IMG/VR virus record: IMGVR_UViG_2595698914_000001
Coordinates: 103,293-167,292 of that record
DNA from: a virus
Taxonomy: Duplodnaviria > Caudoviricetes
Length of the DNA stretch: 64,000 nt
Reading direction: 5' to 3' (one strand)
The first letter of the stretch is position 1, and every line of letters starts with the position of its first letter. Below, one piece after another: positions 42,207 through 52,058 of this stretch. A program made the position numbers and the translations under genes. Below the pieces are notes generated by a model. It saw nothing but the letters and a program-made list of their open reading frames with translations. It was not told the origin of the DNA and searched no databases.

Positions 42207-43403
42207 ATGTTAAAGAATACATTGGCTTTTTATACTAACTTCCTAACGGATGTTGGGTTCAAGATTGAAGAAGATAATTCAATTAGTAAGTACATTCGTG
42301 GTTCTAAAGGTGTATCGTTTAAACCAGTTAAGACAGAAGGTGTGCCATTAGTAATGGGTACTCAAGAAATCTTAGACAGTGAAGATAACGATAACGTTAT
42401 TTATCATCCACTAACTGAAGACGCACTTAAAGGTGAGTCATGGACTATCAAAGTAACTAAAGACCAGATTAACGCAATGATTCGTATGCGTCTATTAAAG
42501 TCTTTAATCGGTTTAGGTTCAGCTATCGTTGAAAAACGTAATGCTAAGATTACACCTAAGCAGACAAAACTGTTTAATCAAAACCCAGACTTTGACGATA
42601 AAGCATTAGCTGTATTAGGTAGTATCTTATCTAAAGCTAAAGCTAGCGTTGTTAGTCGTCATGTAGTTGGTATCTACTTACATAGCAAGAACTGTAAGTA
42701 CGATGGCCATGATGTAAAACGTCTAGCGTCTGTCACATCACCACTGTATGATATCTTAGACAACGGAGAAAAAGAAATCTGGGGTGTTAAGAATGTATCA
42801 TTCAAAGCACAACGTGCAATTAAGCAATTAATCTCTACTGTGTTACCGGGTGTAAATGATGACCAGTATACTTATGGTAGTAATTCTAAAACTGCACCGT
42901 ACTTTGATGCGTTAGCTAATGCTTTCTTGAACTTATCTTATCAGTTAGACTCTATTGAGAAAACCTGTAAGACACTGTTCAATGATGAGTTAAGTATTAC
43001 TCCTACTTACGAATGGGTAGATGGTTTAACTCAACTAGCTAAGTTAGCTATGCCTATTCCACCTCTACGTGGTAACTTAGGTAATGATATCATTGGTCAA
43101 GCAGCGTTCAGCGTACCTAATGGTCGTGGTAAAGGTATAGATGAGTCTAAACCTAGTAGTAATACAGCAACATCTAATGTTCCTAGTAATACTCCAACTC
43201 AACCACAACCTACTGAAAGCTCACATCCGTTATTTAATAACAATCAGGTAGCTAGTTCTCCTATGCCAACTAGTTCACCTATGATGCCTTCAAGCCAACC
43301 AGCTCAAAGTGCTCATCCGTTGTTTGCTAATAACCAAACAGTTACACCTCAAGTAAGTTCTCCTATGATGCCTGGTCAATCTGGCAATGGCGACTTGTTT
43401 TAA
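42207..43403 (+). CDS. Conserved protein (phiKZ gp70-like) with P/S-rich repeated tail
   Basis: YHPLTED...GES, GSNSKTAPYF and IPPLRGN motifs; disordered tail. Confidence 0.6.
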   Translation: MLKNTLAFYTNFLTDVGFKIEEDNSISKYIRGSKGVSFKPVKTEGVPLVMGTQEILDSEDNDNVIYHPLTEDALKGESWTIKVTKDQINAMIRMRLLKSLIGLGSAIVEKRNAKITPKQTKLFNQNPDFDDKALAVLGSILSKAKASVVSRHVVGIYLHSKNCKYDGHDVKRLASVTSPLYDILDNGEKEIWGVKNVSFKAQRAIKQLISTVLPGVNDDQYTYGSNSKTAPYFDALANAFLNLSYQLDSIEKTCKTLFNDELSITPTYEWVDGLTQLAKLAMPIPPLRGNLGNDIIGQAAFSVPNGRGKGIDESKPSSNTATSNVPSNTPTQPQPTESSHPLFNNNQVASSPMPTSSPMMPSSQPAQSAHPLFANNQTVTPQVSSPMMPGQSGNGDLF

Positions 43404-43490
43404 GTAAACTTAATAGTACACTACCCGAATAGGTAGTGTACTATATTTACCTACATTAAATAATGTTTTTTAATAGGGAGATAGTCCTAG

Positions 43491-44360
43491 ATGCAAAAGA
43501 GCGTAGTAGTTATAGACTGGGAATTGTTAGATGAGTATATACGAGAACAAGTAGAGATGGAAATGGAATCATTAGGTGATACTAGTGACCTTGAACCAGA
43601 CTTTAAACTATTCACGTATAATTATACATCTGTTAAGGACATTGATAAGGACTTAGTGGTAACAGCCATAGATGCATTTGTAGGTATGGATTCTATTTGT
43701 GAAGTTAGAGATATAGCAACTGAGTTCATCAATTACAATTACGGGTACGGGGGTTCTTTAGAAGACCAAGAAGAATTCTTTATGACACATTACGTCTGTA
43801 TAAGTATGTTATCATTAGTTGATAATGAATTACATAAAGTGACTAGTCATATGGAAGGAGAGAAACATATCATAACTGGTGTATCTGCTTCTAGTACAGG
43901 AGTGATATTTAATATATGTACAATGAAGGAGGATTAGATGAGTATTACTATTTTATCTGTCGATATTCCGTTAGATGAAGTGGATGCCGATATCAATCAT
44001 CGTATAAATATGTTAGAAGAATTAAATCGTGTACGTTTTGACTATGATGAGTTTAAGGACTTCCATAGTATCAAAACTTTAGAATGGGATTTAATAAATG
44101 AGTTACAGGCTTCTTATGTAACGGGTGAATCCATTGAGGATAATGCTTGTATCATGAGTAGGTTATGTCAGTTCGCACCATTAGAACCCTACGACTCGTT
44201 CTTAATATACAATGTAATTCCTATCTTCCTTGACCTATGTGCTTATAGAATTAAAGAAGAACTGGAAGAACTAGGTGTATTACCTGAGGCTAAGCTTTTC
44301 TATGATGCAGTCTATCGTAGAGATGACTATCTGGTAATGACATTTACAATGAAGCGATAA
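43491..44360 (+). CDS. Two acidic hypothetical proteins (43491-43937, 43938-44360)
   Basis: Abutting D/E-rich ORFs with GGAG RBS, bracketed by hairpins. Confidence 0.65.
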
Positions 44361-44421
44361 ATAGAAGACGGGATTACCCGTCTTCTATATTTACAAATCA
44401 TTTAATTTTTTATGTAGTGGT

Positions 44422-44751
44422 TTAGAATAAGTCACGTTGACTTAGATTTAATGTACTAATTAAAGTTTCCACTACCTTAAAGTCTGGTATGTATAACGTC
44501 CCTATAGTACCACATAGTTTAGGATTAGTTATCTTATTAACACGCATAACTATATATCTGTACTTTGGAGCTATATTTAAAAATGCAACTAGACCGTGAA
44601 AATTATTATTGAATTTCAGACCAGTACCACTATCTATCGATTGTACTGTAGTATTAGACCTGAGTATTGTTAGGTGGTCTTCTATTGTACGTCTAAACTC
44701 GTCAGTAAAGTATTTACTGTCTGGAACATTCACTCTTGCTTTTAAAGCCAT
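44422..44751 (-). CDS. Small protein with a LysM-like segment
   Basis: YIVMRVNKITNP...LYIPD pattern. Confidence 0.5.
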   Translation of the reverse strand: MALKARVNVPDSKYFTDEFRRTIEDHLTILRSNTTVQSIDSGTGLKFNNNFHGLVAFLNIAPKYRYIVMRVNKITNPKLCGTIGTLYIPDFKVVETLISTLNLSQRDLF

Positions 44752-44764
44752 AATTTTATACCTA

Positions 44765-44783
44765 TATATTATATAATTGAATT
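44765..44783 (+). promoter_or_regulatory. Putative early promoter
   Basis: TATATTAT-ataa-TTGAATT upstream of nvRNAP beta. Confidence 0.6.
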
Positions 44784-44825
44784 CTAACCCTTAAATAAAT
44801 ACATTTAACAAGAAGGAGTTACACA

Positions 44826-46859
44826 GTGGAAAATGATTTTAGAATGGACCGCGTCTTAGGTGGCGGTGGTCTCAATGGATTAGCCACTCAAATTTCCGGC
44901 GGACGACTAGGTATGGCCAAACCTCAGTTCGGACAATATATACCACAATTAGATGCAGAGCCACCACAGTTATTATCTGGTACAGAAGCAGACCATGCGG
45001 ATTCAACTTGGGATATTCGTATTGAGTCAGATAGTCAGGTACAGATACTTAAGATAATTGATAAGTATCGTGTAGACGGTGATAGAGTATTCAATAACCC
45101 AGAACAATTAATCGTGTATAAGGATTTGGATACTTTCGAAATCGGTTCTGTTGTATTACCTAAGTTTATGTCTCATCATACTACTTTTGGTTTTAGCCTT
45201 ATTAATCGACGTGATATAAATGAAGGCGATATACTAGAGCCTAACGCTATACTTGCACACGGTCCTAGTAAAACTAAGGAAGGTAACTTTGCCTACGGTA
45301 GAGAAGTTAATACAGCTTACATTGGTACATTCGGAACTAATGAAGATGGTGCAGAAGCGGCTATGGCTGTTAAAGGTATGTATAAATCTGAAATCATTAC
45401 TGAAACAGAAATATACGTAGATAGTAACTTTACATTACTAGACTTATTTGGTGATAGTGATTACTTTAAACCTTTACCTAGTATTGGTGATACTCTAAAT
45501 CCAATGGGTTTATTAGCGGTTAAACGTGAGTTACGTAATAACTTTAAGTTACTTAATACATCTAAGCGTGCATTGAGTGAAGTACAACGTCCGTTTGACC
45601 AAGAGATTTATAATCTAGGTGGAGCAGAAGTAATAGACATAACCGTTATAAAAGGTAAGAAAGTTAAAACCGACAACTTACCTGGTGGTTTAGTTTCTTA
45701 TTTAGATGCTCTAGCCAACAATAGTTATTATTCTCACAGACAGGTGATAGATTTAGACAATCAGTTACGTCGTAATGCTATGCGTAACGCTGGTGGTGTT
45801 TATCGTCGTCATCCTAGCTGGCATATCTCTGTACGCGATGCAGAACGTCTGGTAGGTGAACGTATACCTAATAAGCCAGAGCCAAGTATTACACGTACAG
45901 ATGCGGTTATTAGTTCTTACTATATTAAGATTACTACTCGTAAAATTAATACACCTAAGCTAGGTCATAAGTTTACTGGTCTACAAGCTGAAAAGTTTGT
46001 TATCTGTAACTTTAAACCAGATGAAGATATGCCTACTGATAAATGGGGTCGTTTCTCACACTTCAACGTTAATCCAGTAGGCGTTATCAACCGTAACAAT
46101 CCGTCTCAACTGTTAGCTTGTATGGAATCTGATGCATGTTACCACACTAGACGTCAGATGTTGGAAATGCAAAAAGAAGGTGCAGACTACTCTAAGTTAT
46201 GGGATTTCTTAATTGAGTTCTATCGTTTAATTAGTCCTCATACACATGCTCTCGTAGCTATGTTAACAACAGACGCTGATAGAACTGAGCATGTTAAGTA
46301 TGTACTTGAGAACCGTATCGATTTAGAAATTGAATTAGGCGACCCTCATAATGGCTACCCGACTATATCGGCTATTAAAGGTACACCATACTATCCACCA
46401 CGAGACTTAGTTAAGTTTAGAACTGCTGGTGGTAAGATGGTAATGTCTCGTAATCCTTGTCGTATTTCTAATAAGTACGTCTACCCTATGGAGAAGATTG
46501 GTTCACATAGTAGCGCTTGTAATATAGCACTTAGACAGTCTACTGGTTTCGCAGCTAAACATAGTAGTCGACTTAAGAAGTATTCACCGATGTCTACACA
46601 ATCATCTCGTTGTTTTGGTGAGTCTGAGTTCCGTGATATAATTCATAAAGCGGGACCTAAGGTAGCTCGTCTATTAATGAACTTAAACTCTAACGCCCTA
46701 GCTACTAAACGTATGGCTGATGAATTACTAACTAACTTAGGTTTAGTAGACCTATCTGATGTGTCTGATTACCCTGGACGAGGTTTAAGTATACTTAAGC
46801 ATCTAATGGAATGTTTCGGATACACATTAACAGACTTAAGTAAGAAGGAGAGTAAATAA
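44826..46859 (+). CDS. Non-virion RNAP beta-like subunit, C-terminal part (phiKZ gp71/73-like)
   Basis: YGREVNTAY, NEDG, GHKFTGLQAEK, DMP, NPVGVINRNN and FGESE motifs; uninterrupted. Confidence 0.88.
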   Translation: MENDFRMDRVLGGGGLNGLATQISGGRLGMAKPQFGQYIPQLDAEPPQLLSGTEADHADSTWDIRIESDSQVQILKIIDKYRVDGDRVFNNPEQLIVYKDLDTFEIGSVVLPKFMSHHTTFGFSLINRRDINEGDILEPNAILAHGPSKTKEGNFAYGREVNTAYIGTFGTNEDGAEAAMAVKGMYKSEIITETEIYVDSNFTLLDLFGDSDYFKPLPSIGDTLNPMGLLAVKRELRNNFKLLNTSKRALSEVQRPFDQEIYNLGGAEVIDITVIKGKKVKTDNLPGGLVSYLDALANNSYYSHRQVIDLDNQLRRNAMRNAGGVYRRHPSWHISVRDAERLVGERIPNKPEPSITRTDAVISSYYIKITTRKINTPKLGHKFTGLQAEKFVICNFKPDEDMPTDKWGRFSHFNVNPVGVINRNNPSQLLACMESDACYHTRRQMLEMQKEGADYSKLWDFLIEFYRLISPHTHALVAMLTTDADRTEHVKYVLENRIDLEIELGDPHNGYPTISAIKGTPYYPPRDLVKFRTAGGKMVMSRNPCRISNKYVYPMEKIGSHSSACNIALRQSTGFAAKHSSRLKKYSPMSTQSSRCFGESEFRDIIHKAGPKVARLLMNLNSNALATKRMADELLTNLGLVDLSDVSDYPGRGLSILKHLMECFGYTLTDLSKKESK

Positions 46860-48847
46860 TGAATATAGCGGAAATAGTTAATTTACCCGAAGATACTTAC
46901 GTTGAAACACTGATTGCTAAAAGCGGTCGAAAGGTTACGGTTGAATGTTTTGATGGTAGTAAGGAATGTACGTTTGGGTTATTGGCTTTCAGCTGGGCTT
47001 ATTTCTCATTCAATAGACTATACAACGTGGAGGTGTCTATTAAACAGATACCCTCTATCGGTGACTTACCTAGTAATAAACTGCACAATCGTTTACTCAA
47101 TACTGGGTTAAAGGTGGTGTATGATTTATTAAATGGTACTATTCCACTTAATGAAATATCTGAATGTGGTTATGAGATTACTTGTAATCAGATTAATCAA
47201 GCCATTAAGAACTTGGAAGAGTACGCTATGGTACTTGACTATGAAGATTACTATGACTTGGTACATTCACCTGAAGTAACATCTATCCGTTCTAAAATGG
47301 TTGATGGTGTGGAGAGTGCTAGTACTAGTATTGGTAAATTCAAACATCTACAAAAAGCATACAATGACTTCGAAGAACTTATAAAGCCTAAAGACGGAAC
47401 TAATAAGTTCATGCATAATGGTCTGGTACAGCTGGGTATGTCTGGTACAACTAAGCAGACTCAGGTTAATCAGGGTGTTATTGCACGTGGTTTCTGTAGT
47501 GATGTTAATAGTGACTTCTTTACTCCAGTAGTTACTCGTTCATTCGCAGATGGTCTTAACTCACCGTTTGAGTTTGCAGCTGAAACATGTTCTGGTGCTA
47601 AAGCGTTTATGTATCAGAAAGACCCAATGTCGGATACTGAGTATTTACATAGACTAGTACAGATGATTGCGGCTACATTCCAGAAGTTAGTACTGGGTGA
47701 TTGTGGTAGTACAGTTACTTATCCTCTAGCTATAACTGAGCGTAATGCTAAGTTTACTATCGGTAAGTATTATCTAGATGAAGCTGGCGCAGTTAAAGAA
47801 ATACGTAAAGATAACGTAAATGCCTTGATTGGTACAACCGTTAATACACGTATGGTTTCTGGTTGCCAGCTAGAAGATAGAACTGCGGTATGTTCTGTTT
47901 GTGCAAGTGCTAACTCGTTAAACTTTGCTAAAGGTACTAACGTAGGTCATAACGCATCAACTCGTGTTATGGGTACAGGTTCACAGAAAGTATTGGGTGT
48001 TAAGCATGAAGATTTAGGTTCACTATCTCTTGCTATGTGTATATCTCCTCAGTTTGATAAGTACCTTAAGTTAAGTAGTAACAATCGTGAAGTGTTATTA
48101 TTTAACAATAAGGTTACATTAGCTATACCTGAGAAGTGTGCTGAGTACATTCGTACAATTTACCATACTGATGATGTAGAGAAGTTAAACACTATTGAAT
48201 TAAGTCAGGTAAATCATATCGAGTTAGCGTCGCCAGATGAAGAAGGTAATTTCGGTGAGGTGTTCTCTGGTTCTGTTGGTGATGCAGGTGAAGTTGTTAA
48301 CATGACTCCAGCATTATTACGTTACCTTAAAGAAGACCACACACGTTTAGTTATGCGTAACTACAAACGTAAACGTTATTACTTTATTGATATGTCTGAG
48401 TTTGAAGAAGGTCAACCTGTATTCTTAGCCCCATTCAAACATTTCGATATGCTTAATCAACATAAGTTAACTAAACGATTCCTATATTCACCAAGTAGTA
48501 AACAGAAAGATATACATGACCATGGTCCTTGCCTTACTGATTATAATACGTTTGGTGAAGCAGCACAATCGTTCTTAGATATTACTCAGGAGAAGTTAGG
48601 TATTAAGTTAGCAGTATTGGAGATGGCTATATATGCATTTACAATAAGCGATGCTAATGATTACGACTTTAGACCTGTACGTAATTCTAACTCATGTCAG
48701 TTTATGCCGATGGAACAACTATACAATAACCGCTCTCTTGCTGCTAAGATAGTATCAGAGAAACAGTTAGAAGTATTAAAGTCTCCATTAGCTATAACTA
48801 ATGATAAACGTAGTGACCATCCATACGATAGACTATACCTTAATTAA
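46859..48847 (+). CDS. Non-virion RNAP beta'-like subunit, C-terminal part (phiKZ gp74-like)
   Basis: SFADGL, bridge-helix-like DTEYLHR, DCGS, C...VCSVC, NVG and QKVLGVKH motifs. Confidence 0.88.
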   Translation: MNIAEIVNLPEDTYVETLIAKSGRKVTVECFDGSKECTFGLLAFSWAYFSFNRLYNVEVSIKQIPSIGDLPSNKLHNRLLNTGLKVVYDLLNGTIPLNEISECGYEITCNQINQAIKNLEEYAMVLDYEDYYDLVHSPEVTSIRSKMVDGVESASTSIGKFKHLQKAYNDFEELIKPKDGTNKFMHNGLVQLGMSGTTKQTQVNQGVIARGFCSDVNSDFFTPVVTRSFADGLNSPFEFAAETCSGAKAFMYQKDPMSDTEYLHRLVQMIAATFQKLVLGDCGSTVTYPLAITERNAKFTIGKYYLDEAGAVKEIRKDNVNALIGTTVNTRMVSGCQLEDRTAVCSVCASANSLNFAKGTNVGHNASTRVMGTGSQKVLGVKHEDLGSLSLAMCISPQFDKYLKLSSNNREVLLFNNKVTLAIPEKCAEYIRTIYHTDDVEKLNTIELSQVNHIELASPDEEGNFGEVFSGSVGDAGEVVNMTPALLRYLKEDHTRLVMRNYKRKRYYFIDMSEFEEGQPVFLAPFKHFDMLNQHKLTKRFLYSPSSKQKDIHDHGPCLTDYNTFGEAAQSFLDITQEKLGIKLAVLEMAIYAFTISDANDYDFRPVRNSNSCQFMPMEQLYNNRSLAAKIVSEKQLEVLKSPLAITNDKRSDHPYDRLYLN

Positions 48848-49018
48848 TAAAGATAGATACCCAGACATCTAAGTCTGGGTATCTACTTATATTTAATTCT
48901 TTTTTTTATTTTTACAAACCACTCATTCTTTATGTCAACCCAGTCTGGGTGTAGGGGAACTCTAATAATAAAATATGTAGTAGTTACCTTTAATCATTAA
49001 GTGAAGGATATATCTAAG

Positions 49019-49135
49019 ATGTTAGAACTTGTATTAGCGAATACCTCATGCATTAACTTAACGAATGTCAATGAAGACAACACGGAAGTACAAGAGACTA
49101 TTGAAGTGGAGTCTGTAGAACCTACTGCATTATAA
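49019..49135 (+). CDS. 38-aa acidic peptide, absent from the ORF track
   Basis: MLELVLANTSCINLTNVNEDNTEVQETIEVESVEPTAL; GAAGGA upstream and a hairpin downstream. Confidence 0.4.
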   Translation: MLELVLANTSCINLTNVNEDNTEVQETIEVESVEPTAL

Positions 49136-49234
49136 ATAAGTAATACCTATTTTGAGTGAGGGTTTTCCTCACTCTATTTTACCAATACAATTAGTGTAAA
49201 AAGTATGTACATTAACGAATTTATGGGGTTTTAG

Positions 49235-50728
49235 ATGACCAATATTATTATCCGTTCTGGTGGAGTGTGCATCAACTACCACGAAGACTCGGTAGTTGCA
49301 TGTCTAAACTCTCTCATGCAGGAATTAACGGAAGTACAGTTTACAAAAGACCCTAGAACTGGGGCAACAGAGAAGTCTATTAAAGCTAGATTCTACATAC
49401 ATCACCCGAAAGCTAAGATGATTCTATTTCATTCTTCTGCTATCAATAAGGTTATGGATGCTTTAAGAGGACACCCTCACTTCAATAACTTTATTCAGAC
49501 GGTACAGACTTCACCTGTAGGGAATAGTATAGAGATTAATTATACTAGTCCTAAGTTACCTAGAAAGAGACAACCTGAGTACATCGACTTTATGACAGAT
49601 ACATCTAGTCATATACGAATACTACCAGCTAGTCCGGGTTCAGGTAAGACTTTATGTACTATATACAGTATGACTATTCTTAAAAAGAAAACAGCAGTAG
49701 TATTACAACCGTCATTAAAAGATAACTGGGTAGATAACTTACTTGAATTAACAGATTTAAAAGAAGAAGACATTCTATATGTTTCAGGTAGTGATGGTTT
49801 ATATGAATACATGCAGTGTGTTAAGAACGGTACTAATCATTGGTCTGTTGTTATATTCTCTATAAATACATTACAAGGTTATCTTACTGGTTACTTAGAT
49901 GATAATGCAGAATGGTTATATTCACCTGATGAGTTATTCGATGAGAGTGGGTTTGGTTTAAAGGTAGTTGATGAAGCACACAAGTGGTTACACTTTCATT
50001 CTCTTTTAGATATGTATTCTAATATCAAGATACATCACTTTCTAACTGGTACTATAATGCAGGAGTCACCCTTCCTTAGTAATATGGAAGATACATTATA
50101 TCCTCACAAAGATAGATGTGATGTTGACCCGCCAACTACCCATTTAGAAATGATAACTTATCAGTATCGTTTTGAAGATAAACCACCGCCTCATAGAGGT
50201 ATGATGGGTTATAATCATATGAAACTAGAAAGTAGTATCTTTAAGAAAAAGAGATTACTAGATAAGTATCTTCGTATGATGGCCTCTGTGTTCTATATGG
50301 ACTACTATAAGGAGCATAAAGCTGGAGAGCGCGCATTGATATTCTTTAGTACCGTTAACATGGTACAGGCGTTCCTAGAGCTTCTCAAGGCAAAGATACC
50401 AGACATTAAAGCAGTTAGTTATTTAGCTGGTGATGATGAGTCTAAATTTGCAGATGCAGAAGTCATTGTATCTACAACTAAGAAAGCTGGTACTGGTACA
50501 GATATAAGTGGTTTGGTTTATCTATTGCAGACTATCCTTATATCTAGTAAAGGTGAGAACTACCAGAACTGTCTTAGACTTAGGGAACGTGAAGATGGAA
50601 ATACTAGGTTCTCTTATGTGTGGTGTGGTAATATACCTAAGCATTTAGATTATCATAAGAAACGTATCAAAGACTTAAAACCTCTTTACCATACAGTAGA
50701 ACATCGTACTCTAAATAAAGCTATATAA
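49235..50728 (+). CDS. SF2 (DExH) helicase (phiKZ gp75-like)
   Basis: SPGSGKT, VVDEAH, LTGT, GTGTDI and RLR motifs. Confidence 0.88.
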   Translation: MTNIIIRSGGVCINYHEDSVVACLNSLMQELTEVQFTKDPRTGATEKSIKARFYIHHPKAKMILFHSSAINKVMDALRGHPHFNNFIQTVQTSPVGNSIEINYTSPKLPRKRQPEYIDFMTDTSSHIRILPASPGSGKTLCTIYSMTILKKKTAVVLQPSLKDNWVDNLLELTDLKEEDILYVSGSDGLYEYMQCVKNGTNHWSVVIFSINTLQGYLTGYLDDNAEWLYSPDELFDESGFGLKVVDEAHKWLHFHSLLDMYSNIKIHHFLTGTIMQESPFLSNMEDTLYPHKDRCDVDPPTTHLEMITYQYRFEDKPPPHRGMMGYNHMKLESSIFKKKRLLDKYLRMMASVFYMDYYKEHKAGERALIFFSTVNMVQAFLELLKAKIPDIKAVSYLAGDDESKFADAEVIVSTTKKAGTGTDISGLVYLLQTILISSKGENYQNCLRLREREDGNTRFSYVWCGNIPKHLDYHKKRIKDLKPLYHTVEHRTLNKAI

Positions 50729-50789
50729 TATTAGATGGACTTCGGTCCATCTCTATTTACCTATAATTGCGTGATTAGAATAATATAAG

Positions 50790-50827
50790 CCTATATTATA
50801 TAAGTGAATTAACCAATTAAATTAAAC
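50790..50827 (+). promoter_or_regulatory. Putative early promoter, 38-bp exact copy of 15774-15811
   Basis: CCTATATTATATAAGTGAATTAACCAATTAAATTAAAC. Confidence 0.8.
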
Positions 50828-50845
50828 TTAATAAGGAACTATCCT

Positions 50846-51340
50846 ATGAATACTCCAACTCAAACTACTGAAGAACTTATGACTTCAATCCAAAACGGTA
50901 TTGTTTTTGCTGAAGTAGAATACCCGGCTAATACTAAATACGTTAGTTATAACGATGATAGAGTAGCGTCTGTAACCACTACAGAAAATAACGACGTAGT
51001 TATAATGACTCACGACGGTATGTTCGTTAATGAAGTAGCGGTTGATGAAGATGACCATGAGAGTATCCTTCGCGTTCTTAGTGATAACGGTTACTTTCCT
51101 ACTGAAGACGGACTGTTATCTGATGTCAATAATCTAATTACGTTTGGCGGTCTTAATTCTGATACAAACATATTTACTGTGGGTGAACGTGGTATAGAAC
51201 ACAGTAAGACCACAGGTTTAATTACCATCCGTGGTCATGAGTGTACTAATACTTATACGCTAACTAAAGACCTAACACGCAGAGAGCTGTGGGCTAAGGT
51301 AGCGTTCTGGATTAAAGATATTAACCCTACAGTTAAATAA
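50846..51340 (+). CDS. Early hypothetical protein
   Basis: AAGGA RBS directly after the promoter motif. Confidence 0.7.
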   Translation: MNTPTQTTEELMTSIQNGIVFAEVEYPANTKYVSYNDDRVASVTTTENNDVVIMTHDGMFVNEVAVDEDDHESILRVLSDNGYFPTEDGLLSDVNNLITFGGLNSDTNIFTVGERGIEHSKTTGLITIRGHECTNTYTLTKDLTRRELWAKVAFWIKDINPTVK

Positions 51341-51352
51341 AGGAATTGTCTA

Positions 51353-51607
51353 ATGAACAACAGTAGACTTAATAGTCCTTTTTCTAATAGAGCAGTTATT
51401 AGTCAAATAGAAACCCGTGAGTGTGATGAAGTACATGTTTCATATACGTCGTGTACTCATATGTATCAGGAAGAAATATTAGAAGTATTAACTGGTGAGA
51501 AAGGTATGTCTAATGAGGAAGCGTTAAATTACTTAACTAACCACCGAACTGTATATTCCGAAGGTATACACCAGATAATAACTAATATCCTATCTACAAC
51601 TAAATAA
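51353..51607 (+). CDS. 84-aa stand-alone paralog of an internal nvRNAP beta' segment
   Basis: Aligns by eye to residues ~288-363 of 27575-29011; own AAGGA RBS. Confidence 0.8.
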   Translation: MNNSRLNSPFSNRAVISQIETRECDEVHVSYTSCTHMYQEEILEVLTGEKGMSNEEALNYLTNHRTVYSEGIHQIITNILSTTK

Positions 51608-51637
51608 TCTAACATTAACTTAATAAGGAATAATCCT

Positions 51638-52048
51638 ATGAATAACGTAAATCAAGTAATCGGCACAGCTACAAATTTCATGAATGAAACTCACATCTTA
51701 TCATCTGGTAATACAGTTGCGGGGGTTATACTATGTAGTCCTACAGGAACTACTGTTGGTTTCGATAAGGCATTCATAACCATAACCACAGAAGGCGTAG
51801 AACGCTCTGTGTCATTAACTAAAGATAACTTAATAGCTGAGCTATCTCCATTATTTACAGTCGCTACAGTTTACTACAAGAACGAAGATATAACTGTGGT
51901 GTTAGCTAATAATGGTAATTGGTTAGGTGTTACTGATGATGGTATTTATTTCGGTAAAGACATTCATCATATGGATGACTCTATTATCTTAGAAGATAAC
52001 TCAGAGAAGTTAATAACTACTTTAAATCACTACAGTGTAATGCACTAA
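51638..52048 (+). CDS. Early hypothetical protein
   Basis: Leader AACTTAATAAGGAATAATCCTATG nearly identical to that of 50846. Confidence 0.7.
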   Translation: MNNVNQVIGTATNFMNETHILSSGNTVAGVILCSPTGTTVGFDKAFITITTEGVERSVSLTKDNLIAELSPLFTVATVYYKNEDITVVLANNGNWLGVTDDGIYFGKDIHHMDDSIILEDNSEKLITTLNHYSVMH

Positions 52049-52058
52049 GGAAAGTATA

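Noticed and set aside
44826-46859. Group I intron or homing endonuclease in nvRNAP beta, as in phiKZ gp71-73
   Set aside because: The ORF is continuous with all motifs in one frame, and the same holds for beta' at 27575-29011; no intein-like insertion is evident
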